Numbered from the stretch's first letter, positions 1-10,698 are shown. The stretch: DNA of 64,000 nucleotides from an uncultured delta proteobacterium (GCA_963822965.1 CAWGJT010000005.1:320001-384000), one strand, 5' to 3'. The notes: generated from the sequence alone by a model not told the origin. A program made the numbers and translations.

Positions 1-583
1 TCTCTGCCTGGCGGGCGGCGCGGTGGCCCTCCTGGGCGGCGTCGAGCCCGCCGGTCGATCGGGCTTCGGGGTGCCCGCCGAGACCGGCGTCGCCGTTGCG
101 GGGATCGCCGCCGTGGGCATGCTGGCGGCGGTCGTCGTCCGGTGCGCGACGGGACGGAGCACCGCTTCCCTCGGCGTGGGCCTGGCATCGCTCCTCGCCC
201 TGGAGCTGTTCGTCTTCCTGCAGATCTATCCCAGCTACGACCCCGAGAAGTCGCCCCGTCCCATCGCCGTTCGAGCTGCGCAGCTGACCGCGCCCGACGA
301 ACCGGTCGGCGTCTTCGACGACGAGGGACTCGCCGGGGGAATCGTCTACTACGCGAACCGACGCGTGGAGATTCTGCCGCGGCCCGAGGACGTGGCACGT
401 TTCCTCGACGGCGGCGGACGCTATGTCGTTCTCGAGCGCTGGAAGCTGCCGTGGCTCGACCCCGTCGGCCCCCTGTATGTGCATGCGAAGGCTCGCCGCG
501 ACCGCCGCCAGCTGGCGGTCGTCAGCCGCACGAAGCCGGCCGAAACCCCAGAGGGCGACCCTGCGACCCCGCCGCATCTGTAG
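1..583 (+). CDS. C-terminal part of an ArnT/GT39-like membrane glycosyltransferase (5' partial)
   Basis: Frame is open from the window edge. TM helices are followed by a soluble domain with KSPRPIA and IVYYANRRV, which resembles ArnT-family C-termini. Confidence 0.55.
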   Translation, partial: LCLAGGAVALLGGVEPAGRSGFGVPAETGVAVAGIAAVGMLAAVVVRCATGRSTASLGVGLASLLALELFVFLQIYPSYDPEKSPRPIAVRAAQLTAPDEPVGVFDDEGLAGGIVYYANRRVEILPRPEDVARFLDGGGRYVVLERWKLPWLDPVGPLYVHAKARRDRRQLAVVSRTKPAETPEGDPATPPHL

Positions 584-654
584 TACGCTTGGGAGCCGCC
601 TGGAGGTCGGCAGCCGCCGGCAAACCTCCTCGAGCAGCTCGACACGAAGCGCCC

Positions 655-750
655 GAACCGACGTGAACCGCGCCGTGAAGAACGCCGCAAGACGCCGTGA
701 GAACGCCATAGGAACGCCACAGGAACGCTGCAAGCCGTCAGCACGCCGCC
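655..750 (+). repeat. degenerate ~11-bp tandem repeat (GAACGCC-like core) in the gltA upstream region
   Basis: CGCC/CGCT cores at 671, 683, 693, 704, 715 and 726; T-poor stretch. Confidence 0.5.
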
Positions 751-860
751 GAGAGGCGGCGGACGCGCCGCGGCGAGCGAACCCCGAGAGCCAGAGACGC
801 ATCCATAGCGAGAGCGGATCACGAGACGACCAATCACGAGAAACAAAGGAGCCCATCGCG

Positions 861-2150
861 ATGGCAGAGACCGCAGAGCTTCGACTCGGAGACCAGATCG
901 TAGAGCTCCCGATCATCGTCGGGACCGAGGGTGAGCGTGCGATCGACATCACCAAGCTCCGCAGCAAGACCGGCTACGTCACCTACGACAACGGCTTCGC
1001 GAACACCGGCGCCGTTCGCAGCAAGATCACCTTCATCGACGGCGAGAAGGGAATCCTCCGCTACCGGGGCTATCCCATCGAGGAGCTGGCCGAGAAGAGC
1101 GACGACTTCCTCGAGGTGGCCTACCTGCTCATCATGGGCCACCTGCCGAACGCGGAGGAGTACGAGTACTTCTGCGAGTCGATCCGGCGGCACACCATGC
1201 TGCACGAGGACTTCAAGGAGTTCTTCGGAGCCCTGCCCAAGGACGCCCACCCCATGGCCGCCTGCTCGGCCGCCGTCGGCGCCCTCGCGACCTTCTATCC
1301 GGACTCCCTCGACCCCAACGACGAGCGGCACGTGGAGATCTCCTGCCACCGCCTGATCGCCAAGCTCCCCACCATCGCCGCCTATGCGTTCAAGCACTCC
1401 TTCGGGCAGCCCTTCCTCTACCCGCAGAACCGCCTCAACTACGTGGCGAACTTCATGTACATGATGTTCGCCAACCCCTGCGAGGAGTACGAGGTGGACG
1501 AGACGATCCGCCGCGCCCTCCACAAGCTCTTCATCCTGCACGGCGACCACGAGCAGAACTGCTCCACCAGCAGCGTGCGGCTGGTGGGCTCTTCGCGGGT
1601 GAACCTCTTCGGCGCCATCTCCGCCGGCATCAACGCGCTCTGGGGCCCGCTCCACGGCGGTGCCAACCAGGCCGTCATCGAGATGCTCGCCGACATCCGG
1701 GACGAGGGCATGACCGGTCGCGAGTTCGTGGAGCGCGCGAAGGACAAGGACGACACGTCGCGCCTCATGGGCTTCGGCCATCGGGTCTACAAGAACTTCG
1801 ATCCCCGCATGAAGATCCTGAAGAAGTCGTGCTTCGAGGTGCTCGACAAGATGGGCATCCACAGCAAGCTGCTCGAGATCGCCGTGGAGCTCGAGGAGAT
1901 CGCGCTGAAGGATGACTACTTCGTCGAGCGCAAGCTCTACCCGAACGTCGACTTCTACTCGGGTGTCATCTACAACGCGATCGGCATTCCCGCGCACATG
2001 TTCACCGCACTGTTCGCCATCGGCCGGCTACCCGGCTGGATCGCCCACTGGATGGAGATGCACGCCGATCCGGACTTCAAGATCGGCCGCCCCCGGCAGA
2101 TCTACGAGGGCGAGACCGAGCGCCACTACGTGGCTCTTTCGAAGCGCTGA
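861..2150 (+). CDS. gltA: citrate synthase (type II-like)
   Basis: Motifs ITFIDGEKGILRYRGYPIEELA, DHEQNCSTS, GPLHGGAN, LMGFGHRVYKNFDPR and YPNVDFYSG. AAGGAG RBS before ATG 861. Confidence 0.97.
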   Translation: MAETAELRLGDQIVELPIIVGTEGERAIDITKLRSKTGYVTYDNGFANTGAVRSKITFIDGEKGILRYRGYPIEELAEKSDDFLEVAYLLIMGHLPNAEEYEYFCESIRRHTMLHEDFKEFFGALPKDAHPMAACSAAVGALATFYPDSLDPNDERHVEISCHRLIAKLPTIAAYAFKHSFGQPFLYPQNRLNYVANFMYMMFANPCEEYEVDETIRRALHKLFILHGDHEQNCSTSSVRLVGSSRVNLFGAISAGINALWGPLHGGANQAVIEMLADIRDEGMTGREFVERAKDKDDTSRLMGFGHRVYKNFDPRMKILKKSCFEVLDKMGIHSKLLEIAVELEEIALKDDYFVERKLYPNVDFYSGVIYNAIGIPAHMFTALFAIGRLPGWIAHWMEMHADPDFKIGRPRQIYEGETERHYVALSKR

Positions 2151-2232
2151 TCCTTCCAGCCAAGCGCTGAGCCTTCCAGGCGCTGAGCCCGAGCGCGAAG
2201 CCGTGCGGCTCGGCGGGACGGGAGACCGTGGC

Positions 2233-3039
2233 ATGCCGGACGAGCTCGGACCGTGCTGGCTCGACGGCCGGCTCGTGGACCCCGTCGCCGCGGGGCTGCC
2301 CCTCCGCGACAGCGCCGCCGCCTACGGACGGGGCTGCTACACGACGGCGCGCATCCGTCGGGGCCGGGCGCGCTTCGCCCGGGAGCACGCGCTGCGGCTG
2401 AGCCGCGACGCCCGCCGTCTCGCGATCGGCGAGATCGATCCGCAGCAGGTCGTTCGCGCCCTCGAATCGACGGGACGCGCCTGCTTCGGCGAAGACCAGG
2501 AAGGAGTCGTCCGCGTCCAGGCGAGCCGCGACGGCGCGGGCCGCGTCCACCTGTGTGCGATTCCACGACCCACGGGTCCCGAGCCCATCACCTGGCGCGC
2601 GTGCATCGCGCCGTTCGCCCACGAAGGACCCATGCCCTGGTCGGGCGCCAAGGTGACCAACCACCTGCTCTTCGCGCTGGCCGGCGACGCCGCGCGCCGC
2701 GCCGGGGCGGACGAGGCGCTGCTGCTCGACCGCGACGGCTATCTCGTCGAGGGGTCCCGCTCGAACCTGATCGTGGTCTTCGACGACGGCGTACCCCGAA
2801 CCCCCGACCTCACCCGGGGCGGCGTCGCGGGCGTGGGGCTCGACGTGCTCCGGACGCGGACCGGGGACATCGCCGTCCGGCATGTCTCCGGCAGCGAGCT
2901 GGCAAGAGTCCGCGAGCTCATCGCCATCAACGCCGTGCGGGGCCCGCGGCCCATCGTCGCCCTCTCCGGACGCACGATCGGCGACGGGCGGCCCGGCCCG
3001 GTGGCCACGCGCCTCGCCGCGCTCTTCGAGCGGGACTGA
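2233..3039 (+). CDS. class IV PLP aminotransferase (PabC/D-amino-acid transaminase-like)
   Basis: [16 protein letters not shown] (PLP Lys), [20 protein letters not shown] and IGDGRPGPV. Confidence 0.85.
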   Translation: MPDELGPCWLDGRLVDPVAAGLPLRDSAAAYGRGCYTTARIRRGRARFAREHALRLSRDARRLAIGEIDPQQVVRALESTGRACFGEDQEGVVRVQASRDGAGRVHLCAIPRPTGPEPITWRACIAPFAHEGPMPWSGAKVTNHLLFALAGDAARRAGADEALLLDRDGYLVEGSRSNLIVVFDDGVPRTPDLTRGGVAGVGLDVLRTRTGDIAVRHVSGSELARVRELIAINAVRGPRPIVALSGRTIGDGRPGPVATRLAALFERD

Positions 3040-3208
3040 TCCGCGCAGCAGGCTCGCACCCGGCGAGCTACCCTGCGGCGACCCGTGGGCATCCGGCCGC
3101 AGAGCGGCCCGCTCGCCCCCGACGCTGCGCGCCGCGGACGCGGCCCAGCGCAAGCGATCCGAAGCGACGCGAGGCTCGCGAGAGTCGAGACGAAAGGAAG
3201 CAGCCAGC

Positions 3209-3979
3209 ATGCAGATCGAGGGACTGACCGCCGTCGTCACGGGGGGAGGATCCGGCCTCGGCGAGGCCACCACGCGCACGCTCGTGGCGCGGGGCGCCCG
3301 GGTGACGATCCTCGACCTTCCCACCTCCCGGGGCAAGGACGTCGCCGACGAGCTCGGCAAGAGCGTGCTCTTCGCCCCCACGGACGTGACCAGCGAGGAG
3401 GACGTGACCGAGGCCCTCGATCGCACGCTCGAGAGCTTCGGCGCCGTCCACGTCAACGTGAACTGTGCCGGCATCGGCAGCGCGGGGCGCACCGTGGGCA
3501 AGGACGGCAAGCCGTTCGACCTCGGCTGGTTCCGCAAGACCATCGAGGTCAACCTGGTCGGCACGTTCAACGTCATCCGTCTCGCCGCGGCGCGCATGGC
3601 CTCCAACGAGCCCAACGCGGACGGCGAGCGCGGCGTCATCGTGAACACGGCGTCGGTCGCGGCCTTCGAAGGGCAGATCGGCCAGTGCGCCTACTCCGCC
3701 TCCAAGGGCGGCGTCGTCGGGATGACGCTGCCCATCGCCCGGGACCTCGCCAGCATCGGGGTCCGCGTGTGCACCATCGCGCCGGGGCTCTTCGCCACCC
3801 CGATGCTGATGGGCCTGCCCGAGCCCGCCCGCCAGGCGCTGGGCGCCAGCGTCCCGTTCCCGCCGCGCCTGGGCAATCCGCCGGAGTACGCCGCTCTGGC
3901 CTGTCACATCGTCGAGAACCCGATGCTCAACGGCGAGACGATCCGCCTGGACGGCGCGATTCGCATGGCGCCGAAGTAG
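3209..3979 (+). CDS. 3-hydroxyacyl-CoA dehydrogenase type 2 (HSD17B10-like SDR)
   Basis: [28 protein letters not shown] and [27 protein letters not shown]. Confidence 0.92.
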   Translation: MQIEGLTAVVTGGGSGLGEATTRTLVARGARVTILDLPTSRGKDVADELGKSVLFAPTDVTSEEDVTEALDRTLESFGAVHVNVNCAGIGSAGRTVGKDGKPFDLGWFRKTIEVNLVGTFNVIRLAAARMASNEPNADGERGVIVNTASVAAFEGQIGQCAYSASKGGVVGMTLPIARDLASIGVRVCTIAPGLFATPMLMGLPEPARQALGASVPFPPRLGNPPEYAALACHIVENPMLNGETIRLDGAIRMAPK

Positions 3980-3993
3980 GCGTCGGAATCGCC

Positions 3994-4992
3994 ATGAATC
4001 TGGGAAAGCTCGCGATCACGTTGCCCGCCCCGTTCCTGTCGGCGGCCCAGTGCGTCGATCTCGCGCGCCGGGCCGAGGACGAGTGGGGCTACGAGGCGAT
4101 CTGGCTGGCCGAGACCGGCGGCGCGGAGTCCTTCGCGCTGGCCGGAGCGATCGCCCAGGCCACCCGGCGGGTCGACATCGGCACCGCCATCGTCCCGGCC
4201 TACAACCGCACGCCGGCGGTGCTCGCCGCTGGCGCCGGCACCGTGGCGCAGCTCTCGGACGACCGCTTCATCCTGGGTCTCGGCACCTCGAGCCACGCGA
4301 TCATCGAGCAGTGGAACGGCGTGCCCTTCGAGAAGCCCCTGGCGCGCATGCGCGAGAGCGTCGCCATCCTGCGTCAGGCACTGGCCGGCGAGAAGACCGA
4401 CTTCGACGGCGAGACCCTCCGCTCCCACGGCTTCCGTCTCGGAGCGCTGCCGGCCAGGCCGTTGCGGATCTATCTCGCGGCGCTGCGGGAGAAGATGCTC
4501 GAGCTCGCCGGCGAGGTGGGCGAGGGACTCATCATCAACTTCATGCCCGTCTCCGCGATGCCGAAGATCCTCGGCGCCTACCAGGCGGGTGCGAAGCGCG
4601 CCGGCCGTGACGCGAGCGGCGACGAGGTGGTCGCCCGCTTCCAGGTGGCGATCACCGACGACGTGGAATCGGCGCGCAAGATCGTGCGCGCGGCCTTCGG
4701 CGGCTACGTGGCCACACCCGTCTACAACCGCTTCTTCGACTGGGTCGGCTTCGGCGACGTGGCGAAGGGCGTGCGGGAGGCCTTCGCGACGAAGGACCGA
4801 GCCGCGAGCGCCCTGGCAATGAGCGACGAGTTCATCGACCGGGTGACGATCCTCGGCTCCGCCGAGCAGTGTCGCGAGAAGCTCGCGGCCTTCGTCGAGG
4901 CGGGGGTCACCACGCCGGTCCTCTCCCCCCTGGCCGCCAGCCCCCGAGCCGCGGAAGCGGTCTTCGAGGCCCTGGCGCCGGGCCGGGCCTGA
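3994..4992 (+). CDS. LLM-class (luciferase-like) flavin/F420-dependent oxidoreductase
   Basis: IWLAE, IGTAIVP, RFILGLGTS and IYLAALREKMLELAGE. Confidence 0.88.
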   Translation: MNLGKLAITLPAPFLSAAQCVDLARRAEDEWGYEAIWLAETGGAESFALAGAIAQATRRVDIGTAIVPAYNRTPAVLAAGAGTVAQLSDDRFILGLGTSSHAIIEQWNGVPFEKPLARMRESVAILRQALAGEKTDFDGETLRSHGFRLGALPARPLRIYLAALREKMLELAGEVGEGLIINFMPVSAMPKILGAYQAGAKRAGRDASGDEVVARFQVAITDDVESARKIVRAAFGGYVATPVYNRFFDWVGFGDVAKGVREAFATKDRAASALAMSDEFIDRVTILGSAEQCREKLAAFVEAGVTTPVLSPLAASPRAAEAVFEALAPGRA

Positions 4993-5029
4993 GGCGCGCC
5001 CGGATCCGGGCGGAGCGAACGACGAGCCC

Positions 5030-8000
5030 ATGCGCGGAGTCCCTTTCGAGATGCCTTTCGGTTCGGTCACGAAGAAGCGCTGGGCGGGGCGGGTGCGCGC
5101 CTTCGCCCTGCTGGCGCTGCTCTTCGGCGCCTTCGATTCGGACGAGGCCCGCGCCATCGACGTGGTGGTGAGCAACACCGACGAGCTCCGCCAGGCGATC
5201 ATGGACGCGAACGCCGCGCCCACCACGAACCACACGATCACGTTCTCTCAGGACATCACGCTGAACACGGAGCTGACCCCCATCGCCGCGAACGTCTCCT
5301 TCGTCGGCAACGGCCACACGATCAGCGGCAACGACACCTTCCAGGTCTTCTTCGTGGACTCGGGCCAGGTGCAGATCGCCCAGCTCGTGGTCCGCGACGG
5401 CCTGTCCAAGGGCGGCGACGGCGGGATCAGCCGGGCCGGCGGGGGCCTCGGCGCCGGCGGCGGGCTCTTCGTCAACGCCAACGCGACGGTGACGCTCGTG
5501 GGCGTGGAGTTCCGCGACAACGTGGCCCAGGGCGGCAACGGCGGGGCCGACACCGGCGCCAGCGTCGGCGGCGGCGGCGGCGGCTTCCACGGCGACGGCG
5601 GCGACTTCGGCGGCGGCGGCGGCGGCTTCAACGGCAATGGCGGCACCGACGGCGGCGGCGGCGGCGGTCTCGAGGGCAACGGGCTCGGCAGCGTGACCAA
5701 CGGCGACGTCACCATCGGCGGCGAGGGCGGCGGCGAGTTCACCGACGGCAGGGGCGGCAGCTCCAACCACCTCCCCAACGGCACCGGCGGCGACGGCGCC
5801 GAGTTCGAGGGCGGCGGCTTCGGCGCCCGCGGCGGCGACGGCGGCCGCTTCGGCGGCGGCGGCGGCAGCAGCAGCGCGTCGGGAGGTGCCGGCGGCGACT
5901 TCGGGGGCGGCGGCGGCTCGGCCAACATCAACCAGGACAGCGGACAGACGGGCGACTTCGTCGGTGCCCCGGGCGGCGACGGCGGCTTCGGGGGCGGCGG
6001 CGGCGGCAGCTCCAACGGAACCCCGAGCAACGGCGGCTTCGGCGGCGGCAACGGCACCGCCACGGGCGTGGGCGGCGCCGGCTCCAGCCTCGGAGGCGCC
6101 GTCTTCGTGCGCACGGGCGGCCAGCTCATCTGGCAGCTCGAGGCGTCCCAGGCGACCAGCGGCAACAGCGTGCAGCGAGCCCCGGTGGGCTCCGGGCAGC
6201 CGGCCGTCGCGGGCTCGGACCTGTACCTGATGAGCGGCGTCCTGACCGAGCTGAACGTCGCCGACATGGTGACCTCCAGCCTGACGGGCTCGATCGCCGG
6301 CGAGGGCGGCCTGCGCAAGGCCGGTCTCGGAACCCTCGTCCTGACGGGCGCGAGCTCGTACGCCGGCGGTACCACCGTCGCCGAGGGAACGCTCCAGGGC
6401 ACCACGTCGTCGCTGCAGGGCGCCATCGCCACCCAGGCGGACACGACCGTCCGCTTCGACCAGAGCAGCTCGGGCTCCTACTCCGGCGTGCTCTCGGGCC
6501 CGGGCACCCTCGAGAAGCGGGGAACCGGCACCGTCACCCTGGGCGGGGCCAACACCTACACCGGTCCGACCCTGGTCCAGGAAGGCGTCCTCGCCGGCTC
6601 CACCGCGAGCCTGCCCCAGGTCTCGACGATCACCGTCTCGAGCGGTGCGACCCTGCGCTTCGACCAGGGCTCGAACGGCACCCGCAGCGGCCCCATCCTC
6701 GGCGCGGGCACCCTCGACAAGACGGGCGGCGGACGCCTCAGCCTGGACGGCGACTACTCGAGCTGGGGGGGCGACGCGACGGTGCGCGGCGGCGAGCTGT
6801 CGCTCGCGACGGGGGCCATCCTCGCGGGCCCGATCGACGTGCGCGGCCCCGGCCGGCTGGGCGGCGCGGGCACCGCATCGGGCGACGTCTCGATGGCCGG
6901 CACCCTGGCGCCGGGAACCCGGGGCACCCAGGCCACCCTGGCCATCGACGGCAACCTGGACCTGCAGGCCGGCTCGACACTCGAGGTGGACGTGGACGAC
7001 CAGAACGCCTCGGACCTGGTCTCCGTCGCCGGGGCCGCGACCCTCGGCGCCGGTGCCACCGTCGACGTGCTGCCGGCCGCGGGCGACTTCACGGTGCCGC
7101 ACACCTACACGCTCCTGACCGCCGGCCTGCTCGACGATCAGGGCATCGGCGTGAGCTCCGACTTCTGCCTCTTCACTTCGGGTCTCTCCATCGCGGGCAA
7201 CAGCCTGCAGCTGACCCTCACGCCCGATCTCACCGGGCTCGGCGACCGCTGCGCCGACACGAGCAACCAGCGCGCCATCGGCGCCGCGCTGGCACCCGTC
7301 ATCAACGACCCGGCGCTCGCGAACGTGAGGGGCAGCCTCAACGTCCTCACCGAGCAGGAGGTGCCCCGGGCGCTCGATCTCCTGAGCGGCGAGGGGCTCG
7401 GGGGCTTCCGCACCGCGCGCCTGGCCGCGGCCACGCGCTTCCTGGGCAGCCTCTCGGACCGCATGCGCGACCCGGGCACCGGACGCGCCGACGAGGGACC
7501 GCCCTACCCGCTCGCCGGCGCCGGCGGTACCGGCTTCGGCGGCCCGCTGATGCCGAGCCTGGGCGTCCGCGCCTCCCTCTCCGACCCGCTGGCCGTCGCG
7601 AAGGCGGGCGGCGTCCTCGCCGCCGCACCGCGCCGCTCGGGCTCGCCCTTCACGTTCGTCTCGGTGCGCGGGGACTCGGGTGTCGGGGGCTGGCTGGACG
7701 GGTTCGCCACCTTCGCCGGCATCGACGGCGACGGCAACAGCCACGACACGGACTACAACCTCTACGGGACCGCGGGCGGCGTCGACTGGGCGTTCACCGA
7801 CAGCGGGATGGTGGGGGCGGCCTTCGGCTACACGCGTTCCAAGCTCTCGGTGAGCGATCTCGCCACCTGGGGAACCGGTGACACCTTGCAGGGCGCGCTC
7901 TACGGGACCTTCTCGACCGACGTCTTCTACCTCGGCGGGGTCGCCCGCTACGGCTACACGCAGATGGATACCACCCGGCGGGTCGCCTTCGGCGGCCTCT

Positions 8001-8521
8001 ACGAGACGGCCGACGGCGACTTCAACGGCTACTCGATCTCGGGCTCCGTCGAGGTGGGCCTCGCCGCCCAGGAGCTGGCCACGGCCTTCTTCCAGCCGAT
8101 GGCGTCCTTCCAGTACACCTATCTGGACAGCGAGGAGTTCAGCGAGACGGGCGCGCCGGGCGTGAATCTCAACGTGGACAGCGAGAGCCTGAGCTCGGAG
8201 GTCACGAACCTCGGCCTGCGCGTGTACCGGCCCTTCGCCATGGACCTCAACACGAATATCATTCCCGAGCTGCGGGTCCGCTGGGCCCACGAGTTCGGCG
8301 ACATCGACCGCAAGGTCGCGGCACGCTTCGACGACGCCACCACCGGCCCCGCCGCCTTCGTCGTGAAGGGTGCGGAGGTGGGCCGCGACGTGGCGGTCGT
8401 CGGCGCCGGCTGGACCGTCGTCGGCGAGGCGAACACCAGCCTCATCCTGAACTACGACGCCACCCTGAACTCGGACTTCGTGGCCCACGCCGTCAGTCTG
8501 GGCGTGCTCATCTACTGGTAG
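5030..8521 (+). CDS. autotransporter with glycine-rich passenger, passenger-associated (PATR) repeats and C-terminal beta-barrel
   Basis: Signal-like segment ending ARA. GGxGG-rich tract. Three GxLxKxGxGxLxL(T/G)G repeats. Barrel with PELRVRWAHEF and an aromatic C-terminus (IYW). Confidence 0.88.
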   Translation: MRGVPFEMPFGSVTKKRWAGRVRAFALLALLFGAFDSDEARAIDVVVSNTDELRQAIMDANAAPTTNHTITFSQDITLNTELTPIAANVSFVGNGHTISGNDTFQVFFVDSGQVQIAQLVVRDGLSKGGDGGISRAGGGLGAGGGLFVNANATVTLVGVEFRDNVAQGGNGGADTGASVGGGGGGFHGDGGDFGGGGGGFNGNGGTDGGGGGGLEGNGLGSVTNGDVTIGGEGGGEFTDGRGGSSNHLPNGTGGDGAEFEGGGFGARGGDGGRFGGGGGSSSASGGAGGDFGGGGGSANINQDSGQTGDFVGAPGGDGGFGGGGGGSSNGTPSNGGFGGGNGTATGVGGAGSSLGGAVFVRTGGQLIWQLEASQATSGNSVQRAPVGSGQPAVAGSDLYLMSGVLTELNVADMVTSSLTGSIAGEGGLRKAGLGTLVLTGASSYAGGTTVAEGTLQGTTSSLQGAIATQADTTVRFDQSSSGSYSGVLSGPGTLEKRGTGTVTLGGANTYTGPTLVQEGVLAGSTASLPQVSTITVSSGATLRFDQGSNGTRSGPILGAGTLDKTGGGRLSLDGDYSSWGGDATVRGGELSLATGAILAGPIDVRGPGRLGGAGTASGDVSMAGTLAPGTRGTQATLAIDGNLDLQAGSTLEVDVDDQNASDLVSVAGAATLGAGATVDVLPAAGDFTVPHTYTLLTAGLLDDQGIGVSSDFCLFTSGLSIAGNSLQLTLTPDLTGLGDRCADTSNQRAIGAALAPVINDPALANVRGSLNVLTEQEVPRALDLLSGEGLGGFRTARLAAATRFLGSLSDRMRDPGTGRADEGPPYPLAGAGGTGFGGPLMPSLGVRASLSDPLAVAKAGGVLAAAPRRSGSPFTFVSVRGDSGVGGWLDGFATFAGIDGDGNSHDTDYNLYGTAGGVDWAFTDSGMVGAAFGYTRSKLSVSDLATWGTGDTLQGALYGTFSTDVFYLGGVARYGYTQMDTTRRVAFGGLYETADGDFNGYSISGSVEVGLAAQELATAFFQPMASFQYTYLDSEEFSETGAPGVNLNVDSESLSSEVTNLGLRVYRPFAMDLNTNIIPELRVRWAHEFGDIDRKVAARFDDATTGPAAFVVKGAEVGRDVAVVGAGWTVVGEANTSLILNYDATLNSDFVAHAVSLGVLIYW

Positions 8522-8602
8522 GTCGGGGGTGCAGGGCGAGCACGGACCGGCGCAGGGACTCCCCGGCACCGGCCTCGCGGCGCCACCCGCAGCGCGGGAT
8601 CT

Positions 8603-9022
8603 TCAGTGCACCGTGTGCGCGGCGAAGATCTCGGTGAGCAGGTCCTTCACCCGGACGCTCGACGTCCCGGGCCTCACCTCGTAGAAGCGAACGGCGAAGT
8701 CCGGCTCGAACTGCGACGGGAACTCGTTGCAGAAGTCCGCGAGCAGGCGCTGGAACACCTCCTCGGCGCGGGCCCGGTCGAGATCCGCGAGATGCACCAC
8801 GGCCCGCTCCCGCGTCATGCGGAAGATCGAGTCCTCGACGCGCAGGGCGCTCTGGAGGAAGACGACGAACTCCGGAAAGGACGAGTCTCCTTCCCGTCCC
8901 GCGAGCCCCAGCATCACCGAGGGCACGGCGTGCTCGCGCGCCAGACTGCAGGCACGGTCGAGCAGGGTGCGGAGCCGACGGGGATCGTCGTTCGTCTGCG
9001 AGATCATCGGGTTTGCAACCAT
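8603..9022 (-). CDS. hypothetical protein, degenerate GGDEF-like fold
   Basis: LQSALRVEDSIFRMTRERAVVHLADLD mirrors the LRxxDxxxRxGGDEFxxxL pattern but lacks GGDEF. Confidence 0.5.
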   Translation of the reverse strand: MVANPMISQTNDDPRRLRTLLDRACSLAREHAVPSVMLGLAGREGDSSFPEFVVFLQSALRVEDSIFRMTRERAVVHLADLDRARAEEVFQRLLADFCNEFPSQFEPDFAVRFYEVRPGTSSVRVKDLLTEIFAAHTVH

Positions 9023-9126
9023 AACACTGGCACTATCGTCCCCGATTCCGCGAATCTGAAGAGCGCCGTGGCCCCGAGGGGTTTTCGGACCGTCCGCGTT
9101 GGCGCGAGCGAGGCGTTTCCCTACGG

Positions 9127-10074
9127 TTGGCGCCTTCCTCGACCTCGGGAGAGCTTCGGTTGGCTCAGGAAGCGGAGTCGCTGCAGCAACGTGCGCGCAG
9201 GCTCGCCCGCGCGTTCGCAAGTGTGGCCGCGCTCACCTACGGGCTGATCGTGCTCGGGGCACTGGTGCGTGCCCACGGCGCGGGGCTCGCCTGCCCGGAC
9301 TGGCCGCTCTGCTTCGGGGAGCTCGTGCCGCGCTTCGATCTGCGGGTGGCCTTCGAGTACAGCCACCGCGTGGCGGCAGGCACCATCAGCCTGCTCTTCC
9401 TGGGCTGCGCGGTCGCCGCCCTGCGCGATGACGCCATCCGGGCGGCTTCGGGAAGGCTGCTCCTCGTCACGGCCGGGGTGCTGGGCGTGCAGATCCTGCT
9501 GGGAGCCCTCACGGTCTGGCACCTGCTGGCCTCCTGGACGGTGACCGCCCACCTGCTGACCGGGAACACCTTCGCGCTGTGCCTGGCGTTCACGGCGCGC
9601 CGGCTCCATCGGCTGGCGGCCCCGCCGCCGCCGCGGCCGCCCGTGTCCCGGGTGGTGCAGATCGTGCTGCTCGCGACCGCCGTCCTTCTCTTCTGCCAGA
9701 TGGTTCTCGGCGGGCTGGTCTCGTCGACCTACGCGGGTCTCGCCTGCAGCGAGTGGCCCACCTGCAACGGCGGCGTCTTCTTCCCCTCCTTCGAAGGCGC
9801 CCTCGGTATCCACCTGCTGCACCGGCTCGGAGCCTATTCGCTCGTCACGCTGATCGCCGTCGCCGCCTGGCTGGGGCGCGACCAGGCGGGGGTGGCCGGC
9901 TGGCTGCGCCTGGCATTCGCGGTCGTCGTCGCCCAGGTGGGCGTGGGCGTCGCGAACGTGCTCCTCCGGCTGCCGGTGGAGGTGACGGGTCTCCACTCGG
10001 CCCTGGCCGCCGGCCTGGTCCTGTGCGTCGCGCTCTCGTTCGCCGAGGCCTGGAGCCGCCCCGCCCCGGCGTAG
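9127..10074 (+). CDS. ctaA: heme A synthase (COX15/CtaA family)
   Basis: GLACPDWPLC, EYSHR, Q..LGALTV, a second GLACSEWPTC, HR and LHS motifs; about 8 TM helices. Start uncertain. Confidence 0.88.
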   Translation: MAPSSTSGELRLAQEAESLQQRARRLARAFASVAALTYGLIVLGALVRAHGAGLACPDWPLCFGELVPRFDLRVAFEYSHRVAAGTISLLFLGCAVAALRDDAIRAASGRLLLVTAGVLGVQILLGALTVWHLLASWTVTAHLLTGNTFALCLAFTARRLHRLAAPPPPRPPVSRVVQIVLLATAVLLFCQMVLGGLVSSTYAGLACSEWPTCNGGVFFPSFEGALGIHLLHRLGAYSLVTLIAVAAWLGRDQAGVAGWLRLAFAVVVAQVGVGVANVLLRLPVEVTGLHSALAAGLVLCVALSFAEAWSRPAPA

Positions 10075-10132
10075 CCGGCCGGAGCGCGGCTTCCTGGGCG
10101 CGCCCGGGCCCGCGGTGCTACAACCCTCCGCC

Positions 10133-10618
10133 ATGCGATCCTTCCAGGTCTTCGCGGCCATGAGCCCCGACGAGTCCGAAGCCTTCTTCGGCAGGGTCAA
10201 GAAGGCGGCCCCGGCGGTCTACACCCAGTCGGTCCACGCGGCGAGCGTGGCACTCAAGACGCGACCGGCCTTCCTCATGAAGCAGCCCTTCGCGAAGCAG
10301 GCGTCGGCCGTTCGGCGCGCGCTGTCCCGGGTGGCCGCGAACCCCCTGGCGGACGAGACCCTCGCCCTCTACTTCCTCGAGGTGCGGAAGGAGCTGCTGC
10401 TCGAGTGGCTGGACACCGTGGGCGTGGCGCACGAGGACGGCGCGCTCGCCGAGGATGCACCGCCGCAGCCCGAGGGCGACGCGCTGCGGGAAGCCGTCGA
10501 GAGCTTTCGCAAGGCCGGAGACGACGCCGACCGCGAGCTCCTGCTGCGGGCCTTCTCGGCCCAGGGCGCCGTCGAGTGGCCGCTCCTCGACGAGCTGGTC
10601 GCCCAGAAGATCGGCTGA
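10133..10618 (+). CDS. hypothetical protein
   Basis: Coding-like codon usage (GC3-rich); extended -10-like TGCTACAAC just upstream. Confidence 0.7.
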   Translation: MRSFQVFAAMSPDESEAFFGRVKKAAPAVYTQSVHAASVALKTRPAFLMKQPFAKQASAVRRALSRVAANPLADETLALYFLEVRKELLLEWLDTVGVAHEDGALAEDAPPQPEGDALREAVESFRKAGDDADRELLLRAFSAQGAVEWPLLDELVAQKIG

Positions 10619-10698
10619 GGGGCGCTGCCCGGGCCCGCAACGGAACGCGGCGCCCCGGCCGGGCCGGGACGCCGCAGGATCTCCGCTGCCGCAGCGCG

